From: Synechococcales cyanobacterium CRU_2_2
GTDB taxonomy: Bacteria > Cyanobacteriota > Cyanobacteriia > PCC-9006 > JAAUQQ01
DNA length: 64,000 nucleotides
Reading direction: 5' to 3'
Assembly: GCA_012034805.1 (NCBI GenBank)
Contig: JAAUOP010000004.1
Coordinates: 7,843-71,842, forward strand
This document shows, piece after piece, positions 46,305 to 57,297 of this stretch (the stretch's first letter is position 1; every line of letters starts with the position of its first letter). The notes beneath the pieces are model-generated. The model was not told the origin of the DNA and did not search any database. It worked only from the letters and a program-made list of their open reading frames with translations. Both the position numbers and the translations under genes were made by a program.

Positions 46305-47447
46305 CTAACCGAGGCTGTCTGAATCAAGACTGTCGGAGCCGGGGCCGTCTGAACTCAGGTTATCCAGGCCCAGGTCATCTGAGCCCAGGTCATCTGAGCC
46401 CAAGTCGTCTAAGCCTAGATCATGGGCGATCGCTGACTCATCCTCATTCCAATCCTCTGAGGACAAATCATTAAGGTCGAAGAGGCGAGCCATCGGAGCA
46501 TGGCCAAGCCAATCCCCCTCTGCCACTCCCTCCGAATTGTCTACCGGGCGATCGCCATCACCCGGAGTACCCAACAACTCGTCATCAAACAGATCTTCGA
46601 GGCCATAGTCTTCCTCCTCACCCATCGCAACAGCCGGAGACACGGAAACCGGAGGGCGCTGATTATTGCTGCCTTGGCTCCAGCTTTCGTCACTGTCCAA
46701 AGGATTTTCTTCAAACAGATTGGCCAGTTCATCCAATCCTTCAATGAAAACTTCTGGGCCATCGCCGGAGGCTTCGGTGGTCCAGGGTTTTGCGGCGATC
46801 GCTGAATTCAAGTCAGACAGATCCGCGAGATCCTCCATATCTTCCCAGGAAAAATCGCCTAGGTTATCCGCAGATTCGCGGTTGGCGGCCAACTCACCGA
46901 ATATATCCGCGTCCAGCAATTCCGCCTCCGCAGCGGCAGCCAGGAGCAAATCGGCAGCGGGATCGGCACTCGCTGCGGTGGCGGGGAGGGGAGCACTGGG
47001 CTCCGCCAAGCTCGCCTCTGCTTGTTCGACTCGCTGCGCCAAAATCTGGTCTAGCTGATCAAAAACAGGCTCGGTCGTCTGCCAAACTACAGCACTCGAT
47101 TCTTCACTCAACCTCGACGTTGCCCGCAGTTCTTGGATGAGCTGTTTTAAGCCTTCAACCCCTTGCAGCAAACTGGCTTCAATCTCGGCATTGGGCTGGA
47201 TGCTGGGATGGCCTTTAATATACTTAAGGCTGCTTTCTAGGCGATAGGACACTTTCTGAATGCCGTGTAATTCCAGCATGGCGGCCCCACCCTTGATCGA
47301 ATGGGCCGCACGATACAGCTCATTGATGCGCTCCGGATCGGCTAGGGCACTCGCCAAGTCCTGAACCCCCGGCTCAAGCTGCTCAAGATATTCTTGGCTT
47401 TCCTCAAGGAAATACCCGATAATTCGCTGTCGCTGTTCTGGATCCAT
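46305..47447 (-). CDS. pilL: Hpt-domain protein (PilL N-terminal part)
   Basis: LYRAAHSIKGGAAMLEL is the Hpt phosphotransfer motif. The rest is an acidic D/L/S/G repeat tail. Confidence 0.75.
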   Translation of the reverse strand: MDPEQRQRIIGYFLEESQEYLEQLEPGVQDLASALADPERINELYRAAHSIKGGAAMLELHGIQKVSYRLESSLKYIKGHPSIQPNAEIEASLLQGVEGLKQLIQELRATSRLSEESSAVVWQTTEPVFDQLDQILAQRVEQAEASLAEPSAPLPATAASADPAADLLLAAAAEAELLDADIFGELAANRESADNLGDFSWEDMEDLADLSDLNSAIAAKPWTTEASGDGPEVFIEGLDELANLFEENPLDSDESWSQGSNNQRPPVSVSPAVAMGEEEDYGLEDLFDDELLGTPGDGDRPVDNSEGVAEGDWLGHAPMARLFDLNDLSSEDWNEDESAIAHDLGLDDLGSDDLGSDDLGLDNLSSDGPGSDSLDSDSLG

Positions 47448-47568
47448 TGCAGTATGCCAACCTTTCTGGACTGCGCTTTAAGGTCTTTCACGGAAAGACT
47501 TTAATAGCATTCTGACGATTATCTCGAGCAATCTAACATCCCTGAGTTTTCGGTCTGGCGATTCTGGC

Positions 47569-50500
47569 TTACATCTCCTCAGAGCTCTCAACTCGGAATC
47601 GTTCCACCGAGGTTTGCAGATCGCTTGCAACGCCTACCAGGTTCTGGAGCGATCGCGATACCCGCTGAGCTTCTTGGGAAGTCTCTTGGGCGGTGAGTTC
47701 AACCGATTGCATCACCTGGGCGACCTGGCGCGAAGTCTCCGTTTGCTCCACGGTATCTGCCGTAATCGATCGCACCAGTTGGTCGATGCGGTTGGACACC
47801 TGAATGATGTCATCGAGCGATCGCTTCGCCTGCTCCGCCAGCCTTGTCCCGGTGATCACCTGTTGAGTTCCCTCTTCCATGGCCACCATCACAGAGCTGG
47901 TCTCACTCTGAATTTGAAGCACAATCTGCTCAATCTCCTTCGAGGATTTTGCCGCCCGATCCGCCAACTGTCGCACCTCATCGGCAACAACGGCGAAACC
48001 TCGACCTGCCTCACCGGCTCGAGCCGCCTCAATACTGGCGTTTAGCGCCAGCAGGTTGGTTCGAGACGCAATCTGAGAAATCAGGGCAACAATCTTCGAA
48101 ATCTCTTGGGAGGATTCCGCCAGACGCTTCACCTTGCGCGTGGTCTCCGCCACTGTTTCGCGAATTTGTAGGATACCGGCCACGGTTTTTTCGACCGCTT
48201 CCCCACCCTTCAAAGCGGTCACAGAGGCCGTACGCGCCACCTCCTCGGCCTCGCGGGCGCTGTCGGCTACCCGCTGAATCGAGTCGGTCATCACCTGCAC
48301 CGAATTCAGTGTCACCGCCAGTTCTTCTGCCTGACGCAACGCATCCGAAGACAAGCTGCGGGCAAAGGTTTCATTCTCGGATGACGCCTTGTTCACCTGG
48401 GTTGCAGCCGTCTTCACCTGCAAGACAATCTCCCGCAAGTTTTGAATGGTCAGGTTGAAGGAATCTGCCACTGCACCCAACACGTCAGCGGTGACCTCTG
48501 CTTGTACCGTCAGGTCACCGCGCGCTGCGCCTTCCACGTCATCCAGCAACCGAATTACTTGGCGTTGCAGGTCTTCCTTTTGCTGCTCCTGCTCCTCGGC
48601 CTTGCGCTGGGAATCCTTGGTCGTCGCCAAGATCACGCGGGACATCTGGTTAAATCCTGCGGCCAGTTGCCCCAGCTCATCCTCAGAATAAATCGTGGCT
48701 TGGGCGTTAAAGTTGCCCTGAACGATTTTGGAAAACTGTGCCTGGAGGTCTTCTGTGGCCCGACGGATTTGGCGTCGGGTAATTTCACCCGCTGCGGCTG
48801 TTCCGACTAAACCCGCGATGCCGCCACCCAGGGCGAGGACGACGGGGGCATAGCGAATCTGATGTTCGGGGGTGGGTGAGGCAACCTTGGAGTAGAGAAA
48901 GCTGGAGCCGACCACACCCAAGGCCGCCGCAATACCAGCGGTCGCAGCGATGACGGTTCGTTTGGTGCCCAAAGAGGCATTTTCCAGGGGGGCAAAGATC
49001 CCCTGCTCCACAGCCACTGTGGGCTCAATGTCGCCCATCTCGGCTTGGGTAAAGCTGGGCACGCTGTCTGTGCCCCAGACCGACTCGGCGGTGCCGCTAT
49101 CCTCTCCGGTGATGCCAAAGCTGCTCATTTCACCGGCTTCGCCCGCCTCACCCGTGGGAAGACTAAACCCAGAGCTCGGAATTGGGCTAGTAAAGCCGAT
49201 CGAATCCTCCGCCAAATCGAAGTCAGACAGTCCACCGAAATCATCGAAGGCATCGAACTCCTCTAGGAAGTCGGCGTTGCTGCGTCCACCCGTATCGCCG
49301 CCCGTGGAATCTAGGTCGCCAGACGGGATCGGCTCGCCGGGGGCCTTCGCGATCGACGGAAAGTCGCCTGCAAAGGTATCGAATTCGTCTTCGTCGCCAG
49401 GGCCGAAATTTGCGGCTGCGTCGCCATCAGAAACCTGGAAGTCACCAAAGGCAGCATTGGATTGCTCACCAGTGTTACCTGGAGCCGGCTGGAGCGAAGG
49501 GAAATCAAACTCACTCGAGCCGCCAGCATCCATGAACAGCGTTACTTCTGGAGCGTCATCTACGGGGTCGGCTATGGCCTCGAGTCGGTGTTCTGCGGGT
49601 AAGGAGCCGGTGGCAAGGTTATTGAAATCGTTGAGACCTGCATCCTCGAGCGTGGCGGCTCCACCGAGGCCGTCTGTCTCAAAATCTCCAGCCTCGAAAT
49701 CTCCATCGTTAAACGCAAGTTCCCTCGGTGCCGGTTCTGCCACGGACGATCGGTTTGGGGTTTCAATGCCGTCTAGTTCTAGGTCAAAGGCATCAAATTC
49801 ATCGCCGTCATCAGCATCTGCTTTCAAGCTGAAGCCCTGCCTCACGCCCGAAGGTATTCCATTCAACGCCTCGCTGGCAAAAGATTGATTGGCAAACGAA
49901 TCTTCAAAGGCCCTGTCTTCGTCTGCATAATCCAGGACATCATGACCGAGCGGCGCGCTACTGGGGGCACCAAAGGCGGCTTCCGACGAGGAAAAGGGGT
50001 TGTCCTCAACGAAATCTATTGCGTCATCATCCGAGAAAGGATTGAGAAGATCGTCTTCAGCAGAATCTCCGGCGGAATCTCCGAAGGGATTGTCAAAGGC
50101 AGCAGCGTGATTGAGCGCTGAACCTCCTAGATCGTCCAGCTCGTCGAATTCAAACAGCCCATCCTCAGCGGCTGCATTGCTTCCGAGACCATTCTCCAAT
50201 CCATCTAGGGCGAGGTGTGCGGCTTCGCCAGAACCCATGGAGATCGGCCCAGACTCACCGGATCCAAGGGCGATCGCCTCTGAAGAATCCAAATCATCGC
50301 CTAAGTCAACGCCTAAGTCATCGCCAAATCCGCCGCTAAACCCATCGTCCAAGCCGCCATCCGTCCCCTGACTCAGGCTACCTCCTCCGTTGCGACTCCC
50401 TAGGGCGTCATCCTGCGGCCCAAAGCTCAGGGAATCAAAACTCAAGACACTCACATCAGAGTCTGCGCCAAACCCAGTGCCGCTATCCTCCAAGTCCATC

Positions 50501-50850
50501 TCCGGAGACCAACTATCAGGGCCGTTGTCATCTTCCAGAATGAGCGGCGAATCTTCTAGCGCGATCCCCGTGGCAACTCTACCCGTTTGGGCAGCCCCCC
50601 CAAACTCCCGACAGGTTTCAATTCCCTGGGTGGCATAATCCAAAAAGGCGTGCTCTTGGGTCAGCTGGGTGACCGATTCGTAATCCTCCAGCGCCGTGCC
50701 GTATTGCTGAAGCCCATAGCAATAAATATGCCCTCGCAGCAGGCGAACCCTAGGGTCGTCTGGGGATTGCTGAATGAGAGTGTCAATCAGCCCCGCTGCC
50801 TTCGTATAGTCCCCTTGCATGTAGGCTCGTTCAGCCTGCTGATATGACAT
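47569..50850 (-). CDS. pilJ: methyl-accepting chemotaxis protein (PilJ/HmpD-like)
   Basis: It has an N-terminal TPR, about 500 aa of acidic low complexity, two TM segments and a HAMP domain. The C-terminal MA signalling domain carries [30 protein letters not shown]. Confidence 0.85.
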   Translation of the reverse strand: MSYQQAERAYMQGDYTKAAGLIDTLIQQSPDDPRVRLLRGHIYCYGLQQYGTALEDYESVTQLTQEHAFLDYATQGIETCREFGGAAQTGRVATGIALEDSPLILEDDNGPDSWSPEMDLEDSGTGFGADSDVSVLSFDSLSFGPQDDALGSRNGGGSLSQGTDGGLDDGFSGGFGDDLGVDLGDDLDSSEAIALGSGESGPISMGSGEAAHLALDGLENGLGSNAAAEDGLFEFDELDDLGGSALNHAAAFDNPFGDSAGDSAEDDLLNPFSDDDAIDFVEDNPFSSSEAAFGAPSSAPLGHDVLDYADEDRAFEDSFANQSFASEALNGIPSGVRQGFSLKADADDGDEFDAFDLELDGIETPNRSSVAEPAPRELAFNDGDFEAGDFETDGLGGAATLEDAGLNDFNNLATGSLPAEHRLEAIADPVDDAPEVTLFMDAGGSSEFDFPSLQPAPGNTGEQSNAAFGDFQVSDGDAAANFGPGDEDEFDTFAGDFPSIAKAPGEPIPSGDLDSTGGDTGGRSNADFLEEFDAFDDFGGLSDFDLAEDSIGFTSPIPSSGFSLPTGEAGEAGEMSSFGITGEDSGTAESVWGTDSVPSFTQAEMGDIEPTVAVEQGIFAPLENASLGTKRTVIAATAGIAAALGVVGSSFLYSKVASPTPEHQIRYAPVVLALGGGIAGLVGTAAAGEITRRQIRRATEDLQAQFSKIVQGNFNAQATIYSEDELGQLAAGFNQMSRVILATTKDSQRKAEEQEQQKEDLQRQVIRLLDDVEGAARGDLTVQAEVTADVLGAVADSFNLTIQNLREIVLQVKTAATQVNKASSENETFARSLSSDALRQAEELAVTLNSVQVMTDSIQRVADSAREAEEVARTASVTALKGGEAVEKTVAGILQIRETVAETTRKVKRLAESSQEISKIVALISQIASRTNLLALNASIEAARAGEAGRGFAVVADEVRQLADRAAKSSKEIEQIVLQIQSETSSVMVAMEEGTQQVITGTRLAEQAKRSLDDIIQVSNRIDQLVRSITADTVEQTETSRQVAQVMQSVELTAQETSQEAQRVSRSLQNLVGVASDLQTSVERFRVESSEEM

Positions 50851-50936
50851 CTATCTTGCTCCTAAGCGACCCTCGTGCCAACAAATAGAGATTGTGATTC
50901 CAGACTGCTATCCCACTGCTATCCCATAGATAGCCA

Positions 50937-51476
50937 TTACATCGCCCACCTCGCAGAGCGGAGGATCGCAACTTGGTCTAGCAATCGCAGACGCCGCTCG
51001 CCCTCCTCACCGGATAAGACCCACTCACCTCGGATGAAGGGAGCCATGTTATCTGGGATGTTCTTGGCAAGCTTGAGTTCTTCCGGACTCAGCCAGGCCA
51101 TGCCAATGACGCGATCGATCGCCAAGCCCAGCATAATCTCCTGCTCTTCGATCGCAATGACGTGCAGTTCAGAGCGATCGGTGTTCAAAACGGTAGGCTC
51201 CCCCAAAAACTGACCCAGATCCGCTACCCAAATGACCCGACCTCTTGCGTTCAGAGTGCCCAATAGCAGCGGCGAAACATTCGGAATCGGTGTAATTCCC
51301 TCCGGGGACTGAAACAGGGCTTCACGAATACCGATCGCAGGCAACGCAAACTCTTCACCGGAGGGTGTGTAAAAGCAAAGATGGAGCTCACCTTCCGGTG
51401 TCTCCAGCTCCTGGATCTCTGAAGACTGATTGACTCCCTCGCCCATCAGATAATCTGGATTGCGGCTACCCGTCAT
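50937..51476 (-). CDS. pilI: CheW-like coupling protein
   Basis: 179 aa. LGTLNARGRVIWVADL and MLGLAIDRV fit the CheW fold. Confidence 0.8.
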   Translation of the reverse strand: MTGSRNPDYLMGEGVNQSSEIQELETPEGELHLCFYTPSGEEFALPAIGIREALFQSPEGITPIPNVSPLLLGTLNARGRVIWVADLGQFLGEPTVLNTDRSELHVIAIEEQEIMLGLAIDRVIGMAWLSPEELKLAKNIPDNMAPFIRGEWVLSGEEGERRLRLLDQVAILRSARWAM

Positions 51477-51486
51477 ATGGCTTGGC

Positions 51487-51852
51487 TTAGCCCCTTAGTA
51501 ATTGCTTGACAGTGCCCACCAGCTCGGTGGGCTGAAACGGTTTCGCAACATACGCATCAGCGCCTTGCTTCAGGCCCCAGTAGCGATCGAATTCTTCTCC
51601 TTTAGAAGAACACATCACCACAGGGAGCGTTTGAGTTTTGGGGTCATTCTTGAGGCGGCGACAAAGCTCGTAGCCATTCATCCTCGGCATGACAATGTCT
51701 AGGATAACAATGTCGGGCTGTTGACTCTCAATACGCTCAAGAGCCTCCACACCATCGGTGGCGACTGAAACGTCCAGCCCGCTACCCCTCAAGAGATCAG
51801 TAATCATCTCCCGTTGAGCAGGGCTGTCTTCAACCACCAAGACTGTACTCAT
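51487..51852 (-). CDS. pilH: CheY-like single-domain response regulator
   Basis: ATG 51852 is preceded by GAGG. The sequence VLVVEDSP..DIVILDIVMPRMNG..SSKG..YVAKP is a receiver domain of 121 aa. Confidence 0.85.
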   Translation of the reverse strand: MSTVLVVEDSPAQREMITDLLRGSGLDVSVATDGVEALERIESQQPDIVILDIVMPRMNGYELCRRLKNDPKTQTLPVVMCSSKGEEFDRYWGLKQGADAYVAKPFQPTELVGTVKQLLRG

Positions 51853-52179
51853 TGTTGACCTCTGAGAATTTCCCGTTTGGAGAGTTACTAGCATGTGCGG
51901 GAAGCAGGTGAGAAACGACTGGTATACACCCTGATCCGGGGCTCCAGCGCCGCCGTCGTCAGCCCAAGCAGCAAGATATGCTTTCACGAATAGATGCTTC
52001 GGAGTTGCCCTTGAGAAAGACTCGCGCTCCCTACCACGAACCTAGACCTGCACTACACCAAAGCGCCAGTACAATCTACATCTGTAGCGAGAGCTTAATT
52101 CAGCTTCATGGTTATCATGCCCCAATTTGCCCTGTAAAGCATCAGCCTTACATTCTTGTGGTGCTCAATGCCATTGCCA

Positions 52180-53370
52180 TCAGGGACGACAGCCAGGATC
52201 AATATACTTCTCCAAGAGCATACGCAGCTCGTCCGTACTAAAAGGTTTTGTTAAGTAGTCACTCGCACCCGCAAGGCGAGCTTGAGCTCGATCTGCAAAT
52301 CCGTCCTTACGGGTCAGCATAATAATGGGACGGTGGTGAAAGCGATGTGTTTGGCGCAGCATGGCACAGAACTCGTAGCCGTTTAGTATCGGCATGTCAA
52401 TCTCACAAAAGATTGCATCCGGGGGATGACGCAGGACATGATCGAGGGCCGTCAACGCGTCGGTGAACGGGGTCATATCATACCCCAGGGGTTGAGTGCT
52501 CCGATGTAGCGTCTCCAGGGTAACAGTGCTGTCATCAATACAGACAATGCTGCCACGGCTGTTGGTATCTCTGCTTCCATTTTTGCTCTCCGCTCTGCCG
52601 GCATCGAGATCACACTGGGGAGGGGAGGGCTTCGGTGTTTTGGTCTCTGACCCGCCTGGGAAGGAAGCCTTGGGATGGGGGGAAGGCTTGAGCTGAATCA
52701 GGTGAGCCTCAAGAAACGGGTAGATGGCTTGGGCTACGGCGGTCATGGGACGATTGAGCCGACGGGCGAGCTGTCTCAGGGAGACCGTGCCGTCCGCCCA
52801 GCGTGCCAAGTTTTTGAAGGCACTGCCGCTGAGCTGACGACTTAGGCGTTCGGGCTTGATAATAATTGGGTATTGCTCCGGATGCTCCACCAGCGGATAG
52901 AGCTGCTTCCAGGCTTGCAGTTGCTGTTTGACCAACCTCAAATGCAGACTGATTTCCAGCGTTGCGAGCTGAGTGGGAGGCAGGACACCCATCTCAAAGC
53001 GAAAGGTGCCGGAGTACAAGCTCAGAAGATCAAATAATGTTTCGTCCACCAAGCGGGTCACGAGGGTTTGCCCTTGTTTTAGCGTTAGGCATTTTTGCGC
53101 GATCAGTGACCCAAGCATGGCGTACTCGGGCAGGTGCAGGGCCGCCGGATCATGGATCGATTCGGCGGCTAACTTGGGGTAAAGGCGGTGTAAAAAATCT
53201 TGCAAACGCTCTGCGCGAACCTGGGCTGGGGATGCGTGCACAATCCGGCCATGGGCGAAGGACAATAGCCAAGAATCATGGGCTTCGATCCAAAGGTCTC
53301 CCGTTCGCTGACCGAGTTCGATCAACTGAAGTAGGCTGTAAATATCGATTTCGTTGAGCTGGCCCTGCAT
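52180..53370 (-). CDS. pilG: PatA-type response regulator (PATAN/DUF4388 N-terminal domain plus C-terminal receiver)
   Basis: From ATG 53370, QGQLNEIDIYSLLQLIELGQRTGDLWIE is a PATAN domain. The C-terminal REC reads IVCIDDS..EIDMPILNGYE..TKPF. The longer ORF reaching 53628 adds an implausible C-rich leader. Confidence 0.8.
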   Translation of the reverse strand: MQGQLNEIDIYSLLQLIELGQRTGDLWIEAHDSWLLSFAHGRIVHASPAQVRAERLQDFLHRLYPKLAAESIHDPAALHLPEYAMLGSLIAQKCLTLKQGQTLVTRLVDETLFDLLSLYSGTFRFEMGVLPPTQLATLEISLHLRLVKQQLQAWKQLYPLVEHPEQYPIIIKPERLSRQLSGSAFKNLARWADGTVSLRQLARRLNRPMTAVAQAIYPFLEAHLIQLKPSPHPKASFPGGSETKTPKPSPPQCDLDAGRAESKNGSRDTNSRGSIVCIDDSTVTLETLHRSTQPLGYDMTPFTDALTALDHVLRHPPDAIFCEIDMPILNGYEFCAMLRQTHRFHHRPIIMLTRKDGFADRAQARLAGASDYLTKPFSTDELRMLLEKYIDPGCRP

Positions 53371-53859
53371 GGCGAATGGTGGGGTGAGTCGGGGTTCGGG
53401 AGTCTGGCGGGGTGGGCGATCGCCGGTTTTCTCCCCAGATTCAGATCGGATCACATTGCAGATCACACAGGTCATCTGAAGGTTACTAGTCCCCCCTACG
53501 CAGGGTACCCCTAAGCAGACAACAGCTATGCAGGTCACCCTCGACGCACATGGCCACCAGCCACAACTAAAACCTAATGAATCTAAATTTGAACCTAAAC
53601 CCGCCTGAGTAAGGTGCAGGGCGGACATGACGCTCGTGACTAATTTTCGGGCATTCTTGATTAGGTCTAAACTTAACTCACCCGCAGGGGAGTTGAGCTA
53701 AGATTTAGACGAGCTGAAACGGACCTAGCTTTCTTGCTGCGGTTCCGGGGAAGTAAAACAGACCCAAGAGATGGGTTGTAGGTGCTGCCACAGGCGCAAT
53801 GCACGGCCTTAAGGTCATCTGAACTTAGGTTTTGGACAAGCATTTTAGAGGGAACTGGT

Positions 53860-55539
53860 GTGCAATATCTGGCAGAAGTGCAGAAGAAAAGTGGCGGTTT
53901 GCTAGGTGCTAGCAAAGTAGAGCTACGTCTGATTGCTTGCCAGCGGTCTGAGGACAACTGGCAGGCCATGGCGGGCAACAACTCGGTGGTGACGGACAAG
54001 GCCGGTGAGTTCGGCTCGGGCTCCCTGGTGATCGCCGAGATTGCAGGCAATGATGTCAAGCGGGTGAATGCTGCCACCCAGCCGGTTCTCAAGATTTTGC
54101 AACATTATTCTCGTCTCCAGGAGAAGCTCAAGGACAAAGACGATGATATCGAGCAGTGGAAGCAATCGCTGACCTATCAAAGTCAGGAGCTGAACCGCCG
54201 GGTGATGGAGGTGGAGGTACGCGAAGAAGAATTGCAGCAGGCGAGTGAGGAGCTAGCGCGCCTAGAGCAGCAGCGCACTGAGGTCACGGTGTTGCGGGAG
54301 GAAGCTCAGCGAGCTCAGGCGGAAATCGAAGTGAAGAATCAAGAGATTGCCGCTACTTGGGCGCAGTTGGATCAAGAAAAGCAGAATTTGGAGTCTCGCC
54401 TACAAGAAGGTCACGGCGGTGGACTTTTGGATGAGGCCCAGGTGCGGGCGCTAGAGGCGCAGATTCGTCAGTTGGCGGATTCGTCCCATGGGGTGGGGGA
54501 TTTGCAATCTCAGGTGGCGGTGCTGTTTGACCGGTTGGATGCCCAACAGCCACTTTTGGATCAGCATTGGCAGCAGGCAGAATCTGGGGGCGAAGGCGGT
54601 GCCGTTGAGGCTTGGCAAGCTTGGGCTGATTGCTTGGCGGAGTTGGAGCAGTTGAAGGGTGAGATGGCTGGTCTACAGCGGGAGCTGGCGGCGAAGAAGC
54701 AAGCTACGGAGTCATTGCAGCGGCAACTCAAGGCGAATAATTTGCTCCGGCAGCAGCTGACCCATCTGGCGGGAGGGCTCGATCCGGAGCTGGCGGCTCA
54801 AATTAATTTTCAGGAATTGGAGGCAATGTCTCTGGAGGAGTTAGAGGCAAAGGTTCAAGAGCGGCAGCGAGATTACGATCGCACCTTCAATTTTGTCAAC
54901 GACCAGGAAGAAGAGCTGCGGCTGCAGCAGCAGGCTCTAGAGGAACTGAAAGTGAGGATTGCGGAGGCGAATGAATTCGATCGCCTCACCCTCGAAACTG
55001 AACTGGCTGACGAACAGGAGAGCTATGGCATCTTGGATGATTCGATGTTTGACCAACGCCGTACGTTAAGCGAGCGTCGGGCACTGTTGAACGAATATCA
55101 GAAGGTTTTGGCGCGGCGTCAGGGCCAAGTTCCGGTGGAAGGGGTGGCTCCGTCGATTGATTTGGGGCCGGTGTTGGCTCAACTGGAGATGGACACCAAG
55201 CAACAGAGCCAATGGCTGGAAGAACTCAAGACCGAAACCCAGGCTGTCGAGGTTAAAATCCGCGATCGCGAAGGGCCAGTCGCAACGAAGACCGAGGAGC
55301 TAGCGCGACTGAAGCAGCAAGCACAGAATGCAGGCAATGGCCACCCTGGCGATACCTATCGGACGGTGCTCAGTCCCATGCAGGAGATGGTGCATGGCTT
55401 GCGGGAGCAGCTGCAGGCGCTGAGTGAGACGAGCGATCGCCTCCAGGAAGCGCGTCACTACCAGGGACAGCTGGTTGAGGGCATGCGCCAAATGCTGTCG
55501 GAGATGAGCGGCAGCAACCACCTCTCTGCAGTGGCTTAG
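53860..55539 (+). CDS. hmpF: long coiled-coil protein divergent from the chemosensory operon (HmpF-like)
   Basis: About 560 aa, mostly E/Q/L/R heptad-like coiled coil. It is divergent from the PatA-type regulator gene, the arrangement described for hmpF in Nostoc punctiforme. The GTG at 53860 is preceded by GAGGGA. Confidence 0.55.
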   Translation: MQYLAEVQKKSGGLLGASKVELRLIACQRSEDNWQAMAGNNSVVTDKAGEFGSGSLVIAEIAGNDVKRVNAATQPVLKILQHYSRLQEKLKDKDDDIEQWKQSLTYQSQELNRRVMEVEVREEELQQASEELARLEQQRTEVTVLREEAQRAQAEIEVKNQEIAATWAQLDQEKQNLESRLQEGHGGGLLDEAQVRALEAQIRQLADSSHGVGDLQSQVAVLFDRLDAQQPLLDQHWQQAESGGEGGAVEAWQAWADCLAELEQLKGEMAGLQRELAAKKQATESLQRQLKANNLLRQQLTHLAGGLDPELAAQINFQELEAMSLEELEAKVQERQRDYDRTFNFVNDQEEELRLQQQALEELKVRIAEANEFDRLTLETELADEQESYGILDDSMFDQRRTLSERRALLNEYQKVLARRQGQVPVEGVAPSIDLGPVLAQLEMDTKQQSQWLEELKTETQAVEVKIRDREGPVATKTEELARLKQQAQNAGNGHPGDTYRTVLSPMQEMVHGLREQLQALSETSDRLQEARHYQGQLVEGMRQMLSEMSGSNHLSAVA

Positions 55540-55552
55540 CTTAAAACCTGAC

Positions 55553-56323
55553 TCACTCGAAATCTGACTCACTCGAAACCAAGGGACGCCGCAGCAGTAG
55601 CCGCTGGGATTGCTGGAATAACCAGGTTTCCCAGGATGGATCGGGGTGTTGGAGATGGTAGCCCGCGCTGGCGTAGAGCTGGCGGGCGGGTTCGTTGTTT
55701 TCGAGGACGTGGAGAAAAATTTCGGTTTGGCCCCACTGGGTCGCGGTCTGTCTGCAGGTTTCGAGCAGTTGGCGGGCGACGCCTTGGCGGCGGCAGCTCG
55801 AACAAACGGCGAGGTTGGAGATATAAGGGGATCTGGAGCTGTGGTGGAGCCAGAAGCCGGGTAGGCCGGAGCAGCTGGGTTGCGACTGGCTTCGCCAAGC
55901 TCCACCGGATCGCAAACTCAGCTCAATCGTTCCCAAAATCGCCTCTGGTGCCGAGGGTGTTACCGCTACCCAGCAGATGTAATCCTCGGGAGGGGCGTAC
56001 CGGTTCAAGCCGGACTGGCCCGAGGAAGACTGGCCCGAGGACTGGCGAATCCGCTGATGTAGGTCTGCTTGGATGCTGAGTTTCAGCAGGGGATAGTACC
56101 AGGGTAACGGGGGGTGCGATCGGCTGTACCCAGCTCCAGCCGATCCGGCTGGGGAACCATGAAAACTCCGAGCCAGCAAGTCGGTCAGCCCTGGCAAATC
56201 CCGTAGCTCGACGCGGCGAATGCGAGCGACAGGCGCATGAGCATCCGCTCTAGACGTAGCCATAGAGGGTTTCTCTGGGAATTTTTCAGAGGATTTCTCA
56301 GTCGGGGCGCTCGAAGACTCCAT
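55553..56323 (-). CDS. GNAT-family N-acetyltransferase
   Basis: ISNLAVCSSCRRQGVARQLLETC..FLHVLENNEPARQLYASAGY is a GNAT core. ATG 56323 lies just after the upstream gene's stop. Confidence 0.75.
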   Translation of the reverse strand: MESSSAPTEKSSEKFPEKPSMATSRADAHAPVARIRRVELRDLPGLTDLLARSFHGSPAGSAGAGYSRSHPPLPWYYPLLKLSIQADLHQRIRQSSGQSSSGQSGLNRYAPPEDYICWVAVTPSAPEAILGTIELSLRSGGAWRSQSQPSCSGLPGFWLHHSSRSPYISNLAVCSSCRRQGVARQLLETCRQTATQWGQTEIFLHVLENNEPARQLYASAGYHLQHPDPSWETWLFQQSQRLLLRRPLVSSESDFE

Positions 56324-56334
56324 GGGGTAGGGCA

Positions 56335-57228
56335 CTAATCCTGCTGATGGGAAAACTGGTGGGCTCCAGCCCAGCAAAGCCCCAAGGCCAAGGCCAACAG
56401 CACGACGACATTGATCCAGGGGAACTGACTCGGCTGGTAGGCAGCGGCCCGCAGCCCGGTGGTTGCATAGGTGAGGGGCAGGCAGTAGACCACGACTTTG
56501 AGCACACCCGGTAAGGTCGCAGGGTCAAAGAACGTGGCCCCGAGAAAGGACATAGGTACGATCAAAAAATTGTTGTATAGACCGACGCTTTCTAAGGATT
56601 TGACCCGCAGGCCAGTAATCACGCCGATACCGGCAAAGACGGCGCAGTTGAGGAGCAAAACGAGCCAAAATAGCGGATTAATAAAACTCCAGACTTTGCC
56701 CGTAAACAAAATTGCCACCAGGATCACCGCCCCCGAGGTCATGAGGCCTCGTAGAATACCTGCGAGCATTTTCCCCAGGTGTAGCGCCAAGGGATGTACG
56801 GGCAAGAGCAGCATTTCTTCAAAGGTCTTGGAAAACAGCCGTTCGCCGCAAATCGAGAACGTGGTGCCGCCAAAACTGATCGCCATGGAGGAGAGGGCAA
56901 CCATACCGGGGAGGATGAATTCGAGATAGCTGCCGTAGTCGGAACTGATGCTGGTGCCGGGGCGGATGGAGTTGCCGAGGCCCAGACCAAAGGCGACGAT
57001 GTAAATCAGCGGCGAAATCAATCCTGAAGCTGCAATTTGGGTGAGGCGAGCGCGTAGATCAAGCCAGTCTCCCCAAAAGACGGTGATGCTGTCTTGCCAA
57101 ACGGAGGCGATGGAGAGGCGGCGTTGGCCGGGAGGGGTGGAGCGCGGGAAGGCGGTGGTTTGGGGGGACGAAGCTGTCACAGGGGAAGGGGGGCGATCGC
57201 GCAAGTCACGAGTGAATAGAGGGTTCAA
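56335..57228 (-). CDS. ABC-2 type transporter permease
   Basis: 297 aa with six TM segments. EFILPGMVALSSM is a typical ABC-2 pattern. Confidence 0.7.
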   Translation of the reverse strand: MNPLFTRDLRDRPPSPVTASSPQTTAFPRSTPPGQRRLSIASVWQDSITVFWGDWLDLRARLTQIAASGLISPLIYIVAFGLGLGNSIRPGTSISSDYGSYLEFILPGMVALSSMAISFGGTTFSICGERLFSKTFEEMLLLPVHPLALHLGKMLAGILRGLMTSGAVILVAILFTGKVWSFINPLFWLVLLLNCAVFAGIGVITGLRVKSLESVGLYNNFLIVPMSFLGATFFDPATLPGVLKVVVYCLPLTYATTGLRAAAYQPSQFPWINVVVLLALALGLCWAGAHQFSHQQD

Positions 57229-57297
57229 GACCGTAAAGGGTTCAAGACCGTGAAGGGTTCAGAACCAACTAGAAAAATTGTACAGACCTTGGGGAAT

